Shown: in pieces, positions 1 through 9,799 of the stretch
How positions within the stretch are numbered: the stretch's first letter is position 1
How the letters are laid out: every line of letters begins with the position of its first letter
Source of the DNA: Akkermansia muciniphila
GTDB taxonomy: Bacteria; Verrucomicrobiota; Verrucomicrobiia; Verrucomicrobiales; V1-33
Reading direction: 5' to 3'
Length of the DNA stretch: 64,000 nucleotides
Assembly: GCA_945900785.1 (NCBI GenBank)
Contig: CAMDJM010000019.1
Span: forward strand, 1,041 to 65,040
Notes under the pieces: generated by a model
What the model was told of the DNA's origin: nothing
The model's input: the letters and a program-made list of their open reading frames with translations, nothing else
The model's database searches: none
Made by a program: the position numbers and the translations under genes

Positions 1-195
1 GTTCGTTTTCTTCTTGGCTCATGGGAAAAGGGCGGATTGGGAGAGGAATTAACCCCACTAGATGGCAGTTCCAACGGAGGGTGTCAACCTTTAGAGGGAA
101 AAATGGGAAGTTTGAAAACAGGAAAATGGAGAATTAGTCGCATTTACGGACGGATTTGAACGCTTCCGGGGGATTTTCCCCAATTCTTAATTCAA

Positions 196-1476
196 TCAGC
201 CTCCGTTCCGCACCATCCGGACTTCATCGGCGATGATCCGGAGGGCCTCTCTCACGGTTTCGGGGGCTCCGGAACAGTTCAGCCGGAGGCACTCCGCCTG
301 GTGTGGCCAAGGTCCGGACAGGCCAAAGAAAAAGTCTTCCCCTGGCACGACCAGCACCTGACGCTTTTTGAGGCGCTGATAGAGTTCGCGGGTGGAAATG
401 GGCAGGCCAGTCAGCCTCAGCCAGCGGAAGAAGGCCCCTTCGCAGCGGTGCAGGGACCACCCGGCGTCCGCGCCGAAGGCTTCCTGCATCCATTGCCCGG
501 CATCCCGGGCCCGGCTTTCATAAAAGGGACGGATCACCTGACGGGAAAGGTGGAGCACTTCATCCGAGTCCAGCAGCGGTTTCACCAGTTGCTGACCAAT
601 GTTGGTATTGGCCAGGCCGGTGACCGAGGTCATGGCGGCGATGGCGGAGGCGATTTCCGGCCGGGCGACCACAATGCCAGTGCGGGTGCCGGGCAAACCC
701 AGCTTCGAAAGGCTGAGCGTTAGAATAATATGCCCGCCAAACAGCGGCTCCGCGTCCGTGAAGACCGCTCCGGGAAAGGGCAGGCCGTAGGCATTGTCAA
801 TGATGAGCGGGATGCCCGCCGCCAAAGCCAGCCCGGAAAGGCGCTTCATTTCCTCATTGGTCAGCACATTGCCCGTGGGATTGGTGGGGCGGGACACACA
901 GATGGCCCCGATGTCGCCGCGGGCGAGTGCGGCTTCCACGGCGGGGAAGTGCACGCGGTATTTAAATTCATTTCCCGGGAGAGCCTCAATGCCGGGTTGG
1001 CAGGCGGTGAATAAGTCAGGATGCAGCCCCTGATTGGCGTAGCCAATATATTCCGGCACCAGCGGCAGCAGGATCCGCCGCGTGCGGCCATCCGGCATGG
1101 GGCCGGCGAGGAGATTGAAGAGATGGAAAAAGGCGCTTTGCCCGCCTGCGGTGATGGCGAGGTGCGCAGGTGTCAGATCCCAGCCGCAGTGGCGCTGGAG
1201 GAATCCTGCCAGACTTTTCAAAAAGCCGGGATTGCCCTGCGGCGGATCATAATTGCCCAGAGTCCGCTCCAGCAGATCACCCTCCTCCATCAGTTCCTGC
1301 ATCCGCCGCCGCCAGACCGCATCCACCGCCGGGATGTGCGCCGGATTTCCTCCACCCAGCATGCGCATGCCGGGATCGGTGGTGAGAGCTTTGCCCAGGT
1401 CATCCATCAGCTCCAGGATACCGCTGCGTCCCGCGAGTCGGGAGCCTGAGGCGGAAAAAGGGTAGGGGGTCGTCAT
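196..1476 (-). CDS. avtA: Valine--pyruvate transaminase (PLP-dependent aminotransferase class I/II)
   Basis: N-terminus SGILELMDDL...MLGGGNPAHIP, plus VSRPTNPTGNVLT, IIDNAYG and SLSKLGLPGTRTG (PLP lysine), closely follows the AvtA pattern. Confidence 0.9.
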   Translation of the reverse strand: MTTPYPFSASGSRLAGRSGILELMDDLGKALTTDPGMRMLGGGNPAHIPAVDAVWRRRMQELMEEGDLLERTLGNYDPPQGNPGFLKSLAGFLQRHCGWDLTPAHLAITAGGQSAFFHLFNLLAGPMPDGRTRRILLPLVPEYIGYANQGLHPDLFTACQPGIEALPGNEFKYRVHFPAVEAALARGDIGAICVSRPTNPTGNVLTNEEMKRLSGLALAAGIPLIIDNAYGLPFPGAVFTDAEPLFGGHIILTLSLSKLGLPGTRTGIVVARPEIASAIAAMTSVTGLANTNIGQQLVKPLLDSDEVLHLSRQVIRPFYESRARDAGQWMQEAFGADAGWSLHRCEGAFFRWLRLTGLPISTRELYQRLKKRQVLVVPGEDFFFGLSGPWPHQAECLRLNCSGAPETVREALRIIADEVRMVRNGG

Positions 1477-1598
1477 GGGGAATTGGAATGGGGAAGCAGG
1501 TAGAATTGATCCGTTTGCAGGATGATGTCAGGGAAAGGAGGGCAGCGCTCCATTTGGAGGTGCGCCCGGCCAAATCCAGTCATCCCCGGTGATCTGCC

Positions 1599-2840
1599 TC
1601 AGCCGATTTTCCGGAGGGCGGCCAGGCGTTGCACCATCGGTGGATGGGAGTAGTGCAGAAAAACCGTCAGGGGATGCGGGGTGGGATTGGAGAGAGTGTC
1701 CCGGGCCAGCCGCTTCAGGGCCGCGATCATGTCGGCGGCTCCCCCCGTGGCCCCGGCGGCATAGGCGTCGGCCTCATACTCATGTTTCCGGCTCCACAGG
1801 CCACTCAGGATGCCCAGCACCGTCTGGGCAGGCTCAAAGAGGATCGTGAAGAACACCAAGCCCAGCCATAACACCGGAGCCTGCAGCCCAAAGGCCGCAT
1901 GCAGCCCCGCATTGCCCAGCACCGTGCCCATCAGCAGAAACAGCACCGCCAACTGCAGCACCGCCACGATCAGGCGCTGCACGATATGGCCGCGTTTGTA
2001 GTGTCCGATCTCATGCGCCAGCACCGCCAGCAGTTCCGGCTGCGGATGCTTTTCGATCAGGGTATCGTAAAGCGCGATGCGTTTGTTATTCCCGAATCCG
2101 GCAAAGAACGCATTGCCCTTGGTGGAGCGGCGGCTGCCATCAATCACGAAGAGTTCCTTCACGGGAAACGCGCATTTTTCCGAAAGGGCATGGATCGCCG
2201 TTTTCAGGGATCCATCCTCCAGCGGGGTGAACTTGTTGAAAATCGGCATCAGGTAGCGCGGAGCGAGATATTGCAGCGCCAGCACCAGCACCGTGACCGC
2301 CAGCCACGCCCAGAGCCATGCGCCCGGGAACGTCCCAAACAGCCAGAGCAGCAGGGCCAGCACCGGCAATCCGATCACTCCGCCCAGCACCAGGCCTTTC
2401 ACCAGATCCGCCAGGAACACCCCGGGCGTGGTTTTGTTGAAACCATATTTCGCCTCGATTTTGAACGTATCATACCAATCAAACGGCAAGCCCAGCAGCG
2501 TGCTGGCCCCATGCAGCAGAGTGATCCCGGCCAATCCCTGCAGAATCGGGGAAGGGCTCCAGCCACTGACTACCTGCTGCACCCAGCCAAAGCCCCCTGC
2601 CAGCCAAAACGCCAGAAACACCGCCAGCCGCACCCCACTGGAAATCAGGTCATGCCGGGCGCTTTCCCGGCTGTAAGCCTGGCTTTTCGCAAAGTCCTCT
2701 TCACTGAACACCTCCCGCAACTCCTCCGGCAGCGCCTGACCCAGTTGCTTCAGATTCAACAGCACCGACACCGTCTCCAGCACAAAAAGCCCCACCACCG
2801 AGCTCAGCAAAAAAACAAACCACGGATTTTCAAAAGTCAT
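1599..2840 (-). CDS. M48 family Zn metalloprotease (STE24/CAAX prenyl protease-like), multi-pass membrane
   Basis: HExxH in LAHEIGH; DGSRRSTKGNAFFAGFG; EYEADAYA; YSHPP. Start moved to ATG 2840 (MTFENPW) because the extension to 2960 looks non-coding. Confidence 0.9.
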   Translation of the reverse strand: MTFENPWFVFLLSSVVGLFVLETVSVLLNLKQLGQALPEELREVFSEEDFAKSQAYSRESARHDLISSGVRLAVFLAFWLAGGFGWVQQVVSGWSPSPILQGLAGITLLHGASTLLGLPFDWYDTFKIEAKYGFNKTTPGVFLADLVKGLVLGGVIGLPVLALLLWLFGTFPGAWLWAWLAVTVLVLALQYLAPRYLMPIFNKFTPLEDGSLKTAIHALSEKCAFPVKELFVIDGSRRSTKGNAFFAGFGNNKRIALYDTLIEKHPQPELLAVLAHEIGHYKRGHIVQRLIVAVLQLAVLFLLMGTVLGNAGLHAAFGLQAPVLWLGLVFFTILFEPAQTVLGILSGLWSRKHEYEADAYAAGATGGAADMIAALKRLARDTLSNPTPHPLTVFLHYSHPPMVQRLAALRKIG

Positions 2841-3153
2841 ACAGGAGAACGGGATGAGAAGGATTTCAGTTGGAACGGACCGGAAAAACAGCAGCAATGC
2901 AGGGACAGCACAAGGAAAGGAATGGACCCGGCCCTGCAAAGGAGTCACCAGTTTACACAATCAGCCGCCCCGGCAAGCGCTCACGCAGGCGGGTGCCTTC
3001 CGGTTCGGCCTGATCCCGGAGGGGAAACGGCCCCAGGGCGTCCCGGCCGGATTTGCCCTGAACCCTCAACGGAGGGGCCATCAAGGGATAGGATCCGGAG
3101 GCATGAGCCCGGGGCGGCATCCCCTTCCGGCCGGCCGGCTCCTGACAGGAATA

Positions 3154-4041
3154 TCACGCGCGCGCCGTGGCATCAGCCTCCGCGAGAACGCCTTCAAGGT
3201 AACGCCGGTAGTCAGGGCTGCGGGTGGCTGCGATGACCTTTTCAAAGCCGGCCCGGTCGATGAAATTCCGGTTATAGGCGACTTCCTCAATGCAGGCGAC
3301 CTTGAGATTCTGCTGGTGCTCGATGGTGGCGATGTAATTCCCAGCTTCCAGCAGACTGGCAGGGGTGCCGGTGTCCAGCCAGGCGATGCCACGGCCGAGC
3401 AGCCTCACTTCCAGTTGCCCATCGGCCAGATAGGCATTGTTGAGATCGGTGATTTCCAGCTCGCCCCGGGCACTGGGTTTCTGGAGCTTCACGCGCTCCA
3501 CCACGGTTTCGTCATAGACGTAAAGGCCGGGCACCGCGTAATTGCTTTTGGGGTGCCGGGGCTTTTCCTCAATGCTGAGGACCTTTTGATGGCGGTCAAA
3601 TTCCACGACTCCGAAGCGTTCCGGATCACGGACATGATAGCCAAAGACACAGGCCCCGCTTTCGATGGCGAGCGCAGAGCGGAAAAAGTCGAGCTTTCCG
3701 TAGAAAATATTATCTCCCAAAATGAGGGTGGCACCGGCACCAGCAAGGAAGTCCTCCGCCAGCAGAAAGGCCTGGGCAATGCCCTCCGGGGCAGCCTGCT
3801 CGATGTAAGTCAGGTTGATGCCAAGGTTTTTCCCATCGCCGAGGAGATTTTCAAAAGCAGGCAGGTCTTTGGGCGTGGAGATGATGAGAATGTCGCGGAT
3901 GCCGCCCAGCATAAGGGTGGAGAGCGGATAATAGATCATCGGCTTGTCATAAATCGGGAGCAATTGCTTGCACGCGATGCGGGTGAGGGGGTCCAGCCGG
4001 GAGCCGGCCCCGCCAGCGAGGATGATGCCTTTTTTGGTCAT
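3154..4041 (-). CDS. rmlA: Glucose-1-phosphate thymidylyltransferase
   Basis: KGIILAGGAGSRL, KQLLPIYDKPMIYYPLSTLML, LILGDNIFYG, EEKP, PSARGELEITD, WLDTGT. Confidence 0.95.
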   Translation of the reverse strand: MTKKGIILAGGAGSRLDPLTRIACKQLLPIYDKPMIYYPLSTLMLGGIRDILIISTPKDLPAFENLLGDGKNLGINLTYIEQAAPEGIAQAFLLAEDFLAGAGATLILGDNIFYGKLDFFRSALAIESGACVFGYHVRDPERFGVVEFDRHQKVLSIEEKPRHPKSNYAVPGLYVYDETVVERVKLQKPSARGELEITDLNNAYLADGQLEVRLLGRGIAWLDTGTPASLLEAGNYIATIEHQQNLKVACIEEVAYNRNFIDRAGFEKVIAATRSPDYRRYLEGVLAEADATARA

Positions 4042-4150
4042 GTGAGGAAAAACGCCGGAGGGCCCGGCCTGGGATAGAGTAGCGGGGATTGTAATCGCCG
4101 GCTCCCATCCCGCAAGAGCCGCAATGAGGGGGCGCGGAGGCTTGAATTCC

Positions 4151-5113
4151 TCAAGCAGGGAGCTTTCTTCCGGCGACCGCCGTTTGAATTTCCTGATAGA
4201 GTTCCACCATGCGGGGGATGCGGGCCCCGGCGGCGAGGGCCTGGCGCACCGGCTCGCCCCAGATGGCTTCTACTTCGACCGGGCGGTTTTCCACGAAGTC
4301 GATCATGCTGGAGGGGCGGTAGGGACCCATGGCAGGGGTGCGGGAAATTTGATAGTCGGCCCAGCCTTCCGGCAGGGCGAGGCCGAGCGCGGCGGCGGCA
4401 GCGACGGATTCCTCCGCGAGCACCCGGGTTTTGGCGGCAAGGACAGGATCGCCCAGAATCTCTGCGGTGGTGACCCCGCCAGCACTGATGGCGAGGCCAT
4501 TGAAGGGGATATTCCACACCAATTTTTTCCAGCGCACCACGGCTAGGCTGGGTTCCACCCGGGAGGGAATCAGGCAGGCATTGAGCATCGCGCTGATGCG
4601 TTCCGTGCGGGGACGGGGGGAGCCGGTGAATTCACCAAGGGCGACATCGCCGTCTGCAATATGGTCGATCACCCCGGGGCCCATGCGGTTGATGCAAACA
4701 AAACAGACCCCGCCCAGCACCTGATCCGGCCGGTGCAGGGAGGCGAGGTGCGCTTCATTGCCCAGCCCGTTTTGGAGGGTGACGATGACAGTGCCCGGAT
4801 GAAGGAGCGGCGGCAGCAGACTGGCAAGAGCCGCATTGGCGGTGGTTTTGATCGCGATGAGGATGAGATCGCAGGGGCCGATCTCCGCCGTGCTGCCATA
4901 GGCCTGCACCGTGGGCAGGCTGAAATCGCCCGCACAGCTTTTCAGTTGAAGGCCATGGGCCCTGACGTGGGCGAGGTCGGCGCGCATCAGGAAATTCACC
5001 TCATGCCCGTGCTGGGCGAGGCGGGCTCCGTAATAACAACCCATGGCACCCGAGCCGATGACCGCGATACGGGGCCGGGCAGGAAAACCGTCAATGGAGG
5101 AGGACAGGGACAT
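4151..5113 (-). CDS. panE: 2-dehydropantoate 2-reductase (ketopantoate reductase)
   Basis: Rossmann IAVIGSGAMG, TLQNGLG, WKKLVWNIPFN, SSMID...EVEAI. Confidence 0.85.
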   Translation of the reverse strand: MSLSSSIDGFPARPRIAVIGSGAMGCYYGARLAQHGHEVNFLMRADLAHVRAHGLQLKSCAGDFSLPTVQAYGSTAEIGPCDLILIAIKTTANAALASLLPPLLHPGTVIVTLQNGLGNEAHLASLHRPDQVLGGVCFVCINRMGPGVIDHIADGDVALGEFTGSPRPRTERISAMLNACLIPSRVEPSLAVVRWKKLVWNIPFNGLAISAGGVTTAEILGDPVLAAKTRVLAEESVAAAAALGLALPEGWADYQISRTPAMGPYRPSSMIDFVENRPVEVEAIWGEPVRQALAAGARIPRMVELYQEIQTAVAGRKLPA

Positions 5114-5207
5114 GTCCGGAATGTGGGATGCCGGGGCTGGAGCGCCAGCGGAAGATGAGCCTTCGCGCCACTACTTCCGCCTTCATCCCCATTGGCTCTA
5201 TCAATCA

Positions 5208-5450
5208 TTAGCCGGAGGCGGGGATCCCGGCGGCTGAAGCCGCCCCGCCTGCGGCGAACTCGGTTTCGCCTACCTTGACCATGACGGGATGATATCCGGC
5301 CAGGACCGCAAAATAATCCGTCAGGCAGGTTTTGATTTCCCGGCCCCGGTAGGCATCGCCTACCAGAAAGGCCCCGGTGCTGCGGTGGCGGAAGACGATC
5401 CGCCGCAAAATGGGCCCCTCTCCATCCGGGTCCGGGCCAGTGGCTGGCAC
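5208..5450 (-). CDS. Small hypothetical protein (80 aa)
   Basis: Fills the gap between the kinase and panE on the same strand, and the core (RRIVFRHRSTGAFLVGDAYRG...) looks protein-like; GTG start, no recognised family. Confidence 0.3.
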   Translation of the reverse strand: MPATGPDPDGEGPILRRIVFRHRSTGAFLVGDAYRGREIKTCLTDYFAVLAGYHPVMVKVGETEFAAGGAASAAGIPASG

Positions 5451-5486
5451 CGGAAGCTTTTGCCACTCCTTGCTTTTGCTGAAGGC

Positions 5487-8400
5487 TCAGTCGTGCCCTG
5501 CCTGGCCTGACAAATCGCCCATGCCGAGGGTTTTCAGTCCGCTCATCAGCGCCTTCAAATCCCAAACATAAATCTCGCGCCGGGTGCCGACGGCGGCGAA
5601 GTAGCGTCCGGTGGGACTGAGCGCGTTGCGCTCAAAGATTTCATCCAGCGGGGAATCGAGGTGAAAGAGAAGGCGCCACGTGCCTAGCTCAATGATGGCG
5701 ATACGGGTCATGGTGTCATTCACGGCCATGAGTTTTCCGTCGTCGTTGAAACTGATCTGGCCGACCAGTCCCATGCTGCCGCGCTCCCGGCTGAACACGG
5801 GAGCCCAACGGACGGGATCCTCTCCATTGATCCGGAAGACCTGGTTCGCAGTGGAGCCGGCACAGGCGAACCATTGGCCGTCCGGACTGAATGCCGGGAA
5901 ACTGCCGAAGCCGCAGGGGACAATATGCACTGGCTCTTCGCGAGGGCTCCGGAGATCGTAGAGTCGGATATGCGGCTGATGAAACGCTCCCACCGCCAGC
6001 CAGCGCCCGTCAGGGCTGAGTCCCACCGGATTGCTGTTGTCGGTGGTGAAAAAGGAGCGCGGTGCGGCTTCCCCGGAGTGCACCAGGACCCTGCCGTTTC
6101 CACCAAAGGCGAGGACCTTGCCGTCCCGGGAGGCGCAGGCATAGCTGCTATTCCAGGGTGCACCCGGGCCATAGGGCATGGGGGCCGGCAGGGCTGCCGG
6201 TGGCTGGCCGTTCCAAGCGGTTTCGTGCCGCCCGTCGCTGGTCAGAAAATTTGCCATGGAGGGTCCGGAGGAAAACAACACCTGGGCGGCCCCATGCGCG
6301 GGCAGGGTGGCATCCGGGGCACTGTTTTTCCGGTCAGTGCGCCAGGCTTCAAAGGCAGAGGGATGACCGGCGATGATCCATTCCTCCTTGGGCGGGAAGG
6401 AAAAGTTAACGCTGCGGTCCAACACCGCCGGCGGCTGGAGGATGCGCAGCACGGGCGAAGGCCGCCACTCCGCTGCGCCCGAGGTCCCCAGCAGCAGCCT
6501 GCGCCCAAGGCTGTAGCTCCAGCGTTCAAACACTGCCGGACGGCCCAGCATGACCCCGCGGGAGAGGTCGCAGTAGCCTGTCATGGACCAGGTGGAAAAC
6601 ACGAGGATGTCGCGGGAATCCAGGAAGATCATCTGAGTGCCGCGGTTCATGATTCGCTCTGGCACCGTGCCTGCGATTTCTCCAGTGGCGGCATTGAGGC
6701 TGACGATGCGCTCGCCGGACCGCACGGCGATGCGGCTGCTGTCTGCGGACCATGCCGCCGTCTGCTCGTCCGGGCCAGCGACTTTCCAAAGGATGCGCCC
6801 GGTGGCAACTTCCACGAGACACGCCGCCCCGCGGGTCGGGAGGGGAGCCAGCATGCCGGGCAATAGGGAGGTGAGGATCCTCGGAGCGGCGGCGGGGCGG
6901 TAGTCCTCGTCTATCAGAAGCACCAGTCTGCCATCCGGTGAGGGCCAAAGGCTCCGGGACTGGTTAAACTCCGGGCGCTGATCCCGCAGGGGCCAGCCTC
7001 CAGGAGTGGACAGCGATACCCCAGTTGGCGTGGCAGAGATGTTCCGCTCCAGGCCTGGCAACGTGAAAACCACCAGCCTTCCTGTAGAGGCTCGATGGAT
7101 CAGGGAATCGCCCTTTTCCTCACCGAAGCGGAGCACAGAGGCGAAAGGTGGATCCGGCGGCAGGGTGGCGATGACCTTGCCGTCTGCCGTATCCAGCACC
7201 AACGCACTGCCATAGCGGCCCGCCAGAAGCAGGCGCTGGCCACCGCGGGAAAACTCCAGAGCACACAGCAGAGGCGGCGGCTCCAGCACGGTTAGGGTGC
7301 GCTGCCGATCGGGAGAGCCGGCCACATGCAGGATGATCATGGCAGGGCCCTTGGATTCAGCCGGAATAGGCTGGGTTTGGGCCGCCAGACCACTGTCCGC
7401 ATCCAACGCGACCAGCGTTTCAGGGGTGCTCCATGAAATTTTTAAATCGCTGCGGAACACAAACTCCGACCGGCTGAGCAGGAAGGTGGCATCATCAATC
7501 AGTTGAGGCGTGGCGTGGACGCGCGCCGCCTCCGCCGCAGTGCGCAGGGCCCGTGCCGCCGCGCCCACGCTGGGATCATGCCGCGCGGCATGGACCTGAT
7601 CGTAGAGCGCCGCCAGTTCTGCCTGGTTGGCCCGCAGGCGCAGACTGCGCTCCCGGTCTGCCTGACCCTTCACCAGCCACGTGATCCCTAACGCCACCAC
7701 GGCCACCGCCGCTGCGCCAAGGCCGGACCAGCGCAGCACTTTCAGGCGCCGCTCCATGCCGCGCAGTTTCTTCACCGAGCGGCCACTCGCCACCAGCGCG
7801 ATGTCTGCCAGCATTTCCCGCGCCGTGTGATAGCGCCGCACCGGATCGCCCTCGCATGCACGAAGGACGATTTCGTTCAACTCCAGGCGCTGATCAAAGT
7901 CGTATGCATGGGACCAATTCTGAGGCAGTTGCGGAAATTTCCCGCGGTCCAGTCCGGTCAGGACTTCGTAGAGCACTTTGCCCAGGGCGAAGATATCCGC
8001 CCGCTCCGTGCCCGGCCCTTCCAGCGGCACAAAACCCTCAGTGCCCACGTAGCTTCGGGAACTCCCCGCCTCCGCCACCAGCCCGATGTCCCCCAGCTTC
8101 GGCACGCCACCGGCATACATGATATTGGACGGCTTCACATCGCGGTGGATGAGGCCTTGATCGTGCAGGAATGCGAGGGCACCGCCCAGCGATTCCGCAA
8201 GGCGCAGGCAATCGGGGATATCGAGGGCCTTGCCTTCGGCGAGCCGCGCAGAGAGTGTCGCGGGGATGTATGGCCCGGGATCAACGGGATCTGTGCCGTC
8301 CGCCAGTTCCATCACATAATAAAACCATCCCATCTCCTCATGGCGGCCGATGTGCAGGATGTCGATCAGCCCGTCATGGGCGCGGCTCACCGGCTCGCAG

Positions 8401-8633
8401 CGGCGGATGCCCTCAAATTCCCGCAGATAGGGCCGCTCGCTGTCAAAGGCCGCCCGGCGCACAATCTTGACGGCGCGCAGGGTTCCCATCACATTGCGCG
8501 CCAGCCAGACCTCGCCATAGCTCCCGCGCCCGATGACGTGGAGCAGCGTATGGTCGGGAATGGGAAATCCGTCAGCGGTTTGAGACACATCGTAAGCGTA
8601 ACGCTGCCCGGTCAAAGTGCCACCGCTCTTCAT
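5487..8633 (-). CDS. Hanks-type Ser/Thr protein kinase with a TM segment and C-terminal WD40-like beta-propeller
   Basis: IGRGSYGEVW, RAVK, HRDVKPSN, KLGDIG, GTEGFVPLE, DIFALG; hydrophobic stretch WSGLGAAAVAVVALGITWLV; repeated FSPDG/LSPDG/WD motifs. ATG 8633 lies 2 nt after the upstream stop. Confidence 0.9.
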   Translation of the reverse strand: MKSGGTLTGQRYAYDVSQTADGFPIPDHTLLHVIGRGSYGEVWLARNVMGTLRAVKIVRRAAFDSERPYLREFEGIRRCEPVSRAHDGLIDILHIGRHEEMGWFYYVMELADGTDPVDPGPYIPATLSARLAEGKALDIPDCLRLAESLGGALAFLHDQGLIHRDVKPSNIMYAGGVPKLGDIGLVAEAGSSRSYVGTEGFVPLEGPGTERADIFALGKVLYEVLTGLDRGKFPQLPQNWSHAYDFDQRLELNEIVLRACEGDPVRRYHTAREMLADIALVASGRSVKKLRGMERRLKVLRWSGLGAAAVAVVALGITWLVKGQADRERSLRLRANQAELAALYDQVHAARHDPSVGAAARALRTAAEAARVHATPQLIDDATFLLSRSEFVFRSDLKISWSTPETLVALDADSGLAAQTQPIPAESKGPAMIILHVAGSPDRQRTLTVLEPPPLLCALEFSRGGQRLLLAGRYGSALVLDTADGKVIATLPPDPPFASVLRFGEEKGDSLIHRASTGRLVVFTLPGLERNISATPTGVSLSTPGGWPLRDQRPEFNQSRSLWPSPDGRLVLLIDEDYRPAAAPRILTSLLPGMLAPLPTRGAACLVEVATGRILWKVAGPDEQTAAWSADSSRIAVRSGERIVSLNAATGEIAGTVPERIMNRGTQMIFLDSRDILVFSTWSMTGYCDLSRGVMLGRPAVFERWSYSLGRRLLLGTSGAAEWRPSPVLRILQPPAVLDRSVNFSFPPKEEWIIAGHPSAFEAWRTDRKNSAPDATLPAHGAAQVLFSSGPSMANFLTSDGRHETAWNGQPPAALPAPMPYGPGAPWNSSYACASRDGKVLAFGGNGRVLVHSGEAAPRSFFTTDNSNPVGLSPDGRWLAVGAFHQPHIRLYDLRSPREEPVHIVPCGFGSFPAFSPDGQWFACAGSTANQVFRINGEDPVRWAPVFSRERGSMGLVGQISFNDDGKLMAVNDTMTRIAIIELGTWRLLFHLDSPLDEIFERNALSPTGRYFAAVGTRREIYVWDLKALMSGLKTLGMGDLSGQAGHD

Positions 8634-8635
8634 AC

Positions 8636-9784
8636 TCAAGGAACAATGCCACCCACGAAGACCACCGGGGCCGTGGAAATGCCAGGAGCAATATCGAACG
8701 GAGAAGTGATAGTCACCGCCTGCGGCTCCCCGCCCGTGACCGGCACCCGCCACACCCCATTGAGCCCTCCGACCGTGCCAGCGGCGTAAAGCCACAGGCT
8801 GTTGGCCGACCACGCGCCGCCATAGGGGAAACCGTCTTCAGGGTCCGGCACCTGGGTCAGGGCGGTGCGGATCCCGCTGGCGGGGTCGATCAGCAGAAGA
8901 TCGTGGCCGAGGTCGGTGCGGGTGTAGTTGGTGTTCCCATCACAAGCCGCGATCCAAGTGCCATTGGGCGACCACTGCGGCCAGGAATCCCCCAGTCCCG
9001 GCGGGGTAAAAATGTGTTTCGCTTCGCCAGTCCGCCGGGTGGCCAGTTGGGAGGGAATGCGGTGCGCAAAAACGACCCGGCTGTCGTCTGGACTGAAACT
9101 TGGCATGGCCTCCCGGCAATCCCCGTTGGAAAAAAGCGCCGCAGGCTGCCCGCCATTGAGCGTGGTGGTGTAGAGCCGGCCATCAACGCCGGAACCGTAG
9201 TCAAAAACGATCCGGAAATTGTCGCGTCTGAAACAATAATTGACAATGCTATAGGAGGTTCCGTTGTTGTAAATCAGCCGGGGATTATTCACCCCTGGAT
9301 TGGAATTGACATCATAAGCGTAAATGTCAGCCGCCTCATGGCCCAGGGGGCCGGTGCCATCCCGGGTCAGGAGAATCCAGCGGCCGTCCGGGGACAGGCG
9401 GGGGTAGCGCCCTGGCACCACGCCAGCCTCCTGCGTGCCATCCAGGCGGCACCGGTAAATGATGGACGTGGCGCTGACCGGATTGCGGCGCTCGTAGTAG
9501 AGCCATGAGCCCGGCCCTGGCAGGGTCGCGGCCCGGTAAAAACGCTTTGGTTGCGCGCGGCCACCATAGTCCGTGAAGCGCAGCATCCCATCGGCGCCGA
9601 CCGCTACCGGGCTTTGTGGAATCCAGTCCTCAAGGTTGGAGGAGGTTTGGGGCGTCATCAGTTCGCCGGGCGCGAGGGTAGTGGCCAGGGCGACCTGGGG
9701 GAAACCGTCAGGAACCAGAGTGATCTCCTGTGCGCGGGTGGTGGAAATGAGCAGGGCAGACAGCAACAGGAGAACGGATTTCAT
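8636..9784 (-). CDS. Secreted TolB/PD40-like beta-propeller protein with an N-terminal S.NL..W...FYR module
   Basis: Signal peptide MKSVLLLLSALLISTTRA; PRLSPDGR, PSFSPDD, PQWSPNG, AWSANS repeats. Confidence 0.75.
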   Translation of the reverse strand: MKSVLLLLSALLISTTRAQEITLVPDGFPQVALATTLAPGELMTPQTSSNLEDWIPQSPVAVGADGMLRFTDYGGRAQPKRFYRAATLPGPGSWLYYERRNPVSATSIIYRCRLDGTQEAGVVPGRYPRLSPDGRWILLTRDGTGPLGHEAADIYAYDVNSNPGVNNPRLIYNNGTSYSIVNYCFRRDNFRIVFDYGSGVDGRLYTTTLNGGQPAALFSNGDCREAMPSFSPDDSRVVFAHRIPSQLATRRTGEAKHIFTPPGLGDSWPQWSPNGTWIAACDGNTNYTRTDLGHDLLLIDPASGIRTALTQVPDPEDGFPYGGAWSANSLWLYAAGTVGGLNGVWRVPVTGGEPQAVTITSPFDIAPGISTAPVVFVGGIVP

Positions 9785-9799
9785 GGCGTGAGGAAAGAA

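Noticed and set aside
1-22. Possible start of a minus-strand gene (ATG AGC CAA GAA GAA AAC GAA, MSQEENE)
   Set aside because: Only 7 codons are inside the window, so it cannot be supported or named
3154-4041. rmlA as a sign of a polysaccharide island
   Set aside because: No rmlBCD or glycosyltransferases nearby; a stand-alone housekeeping copy
1899-4077. Long + strand ORFs (445 aa, 407 aa) opposite the M48 protease and rmlA
   Set aside because: Antisense shadow ORFs expected from high-GC codon bias; no motifs
8634-8813. N-terminal extension of the kinase ORF to 8813
   Set aside because: Overlaps the upstream gene by ~180 nt and has no protein-like content; ATG 8633 fits translational coupling
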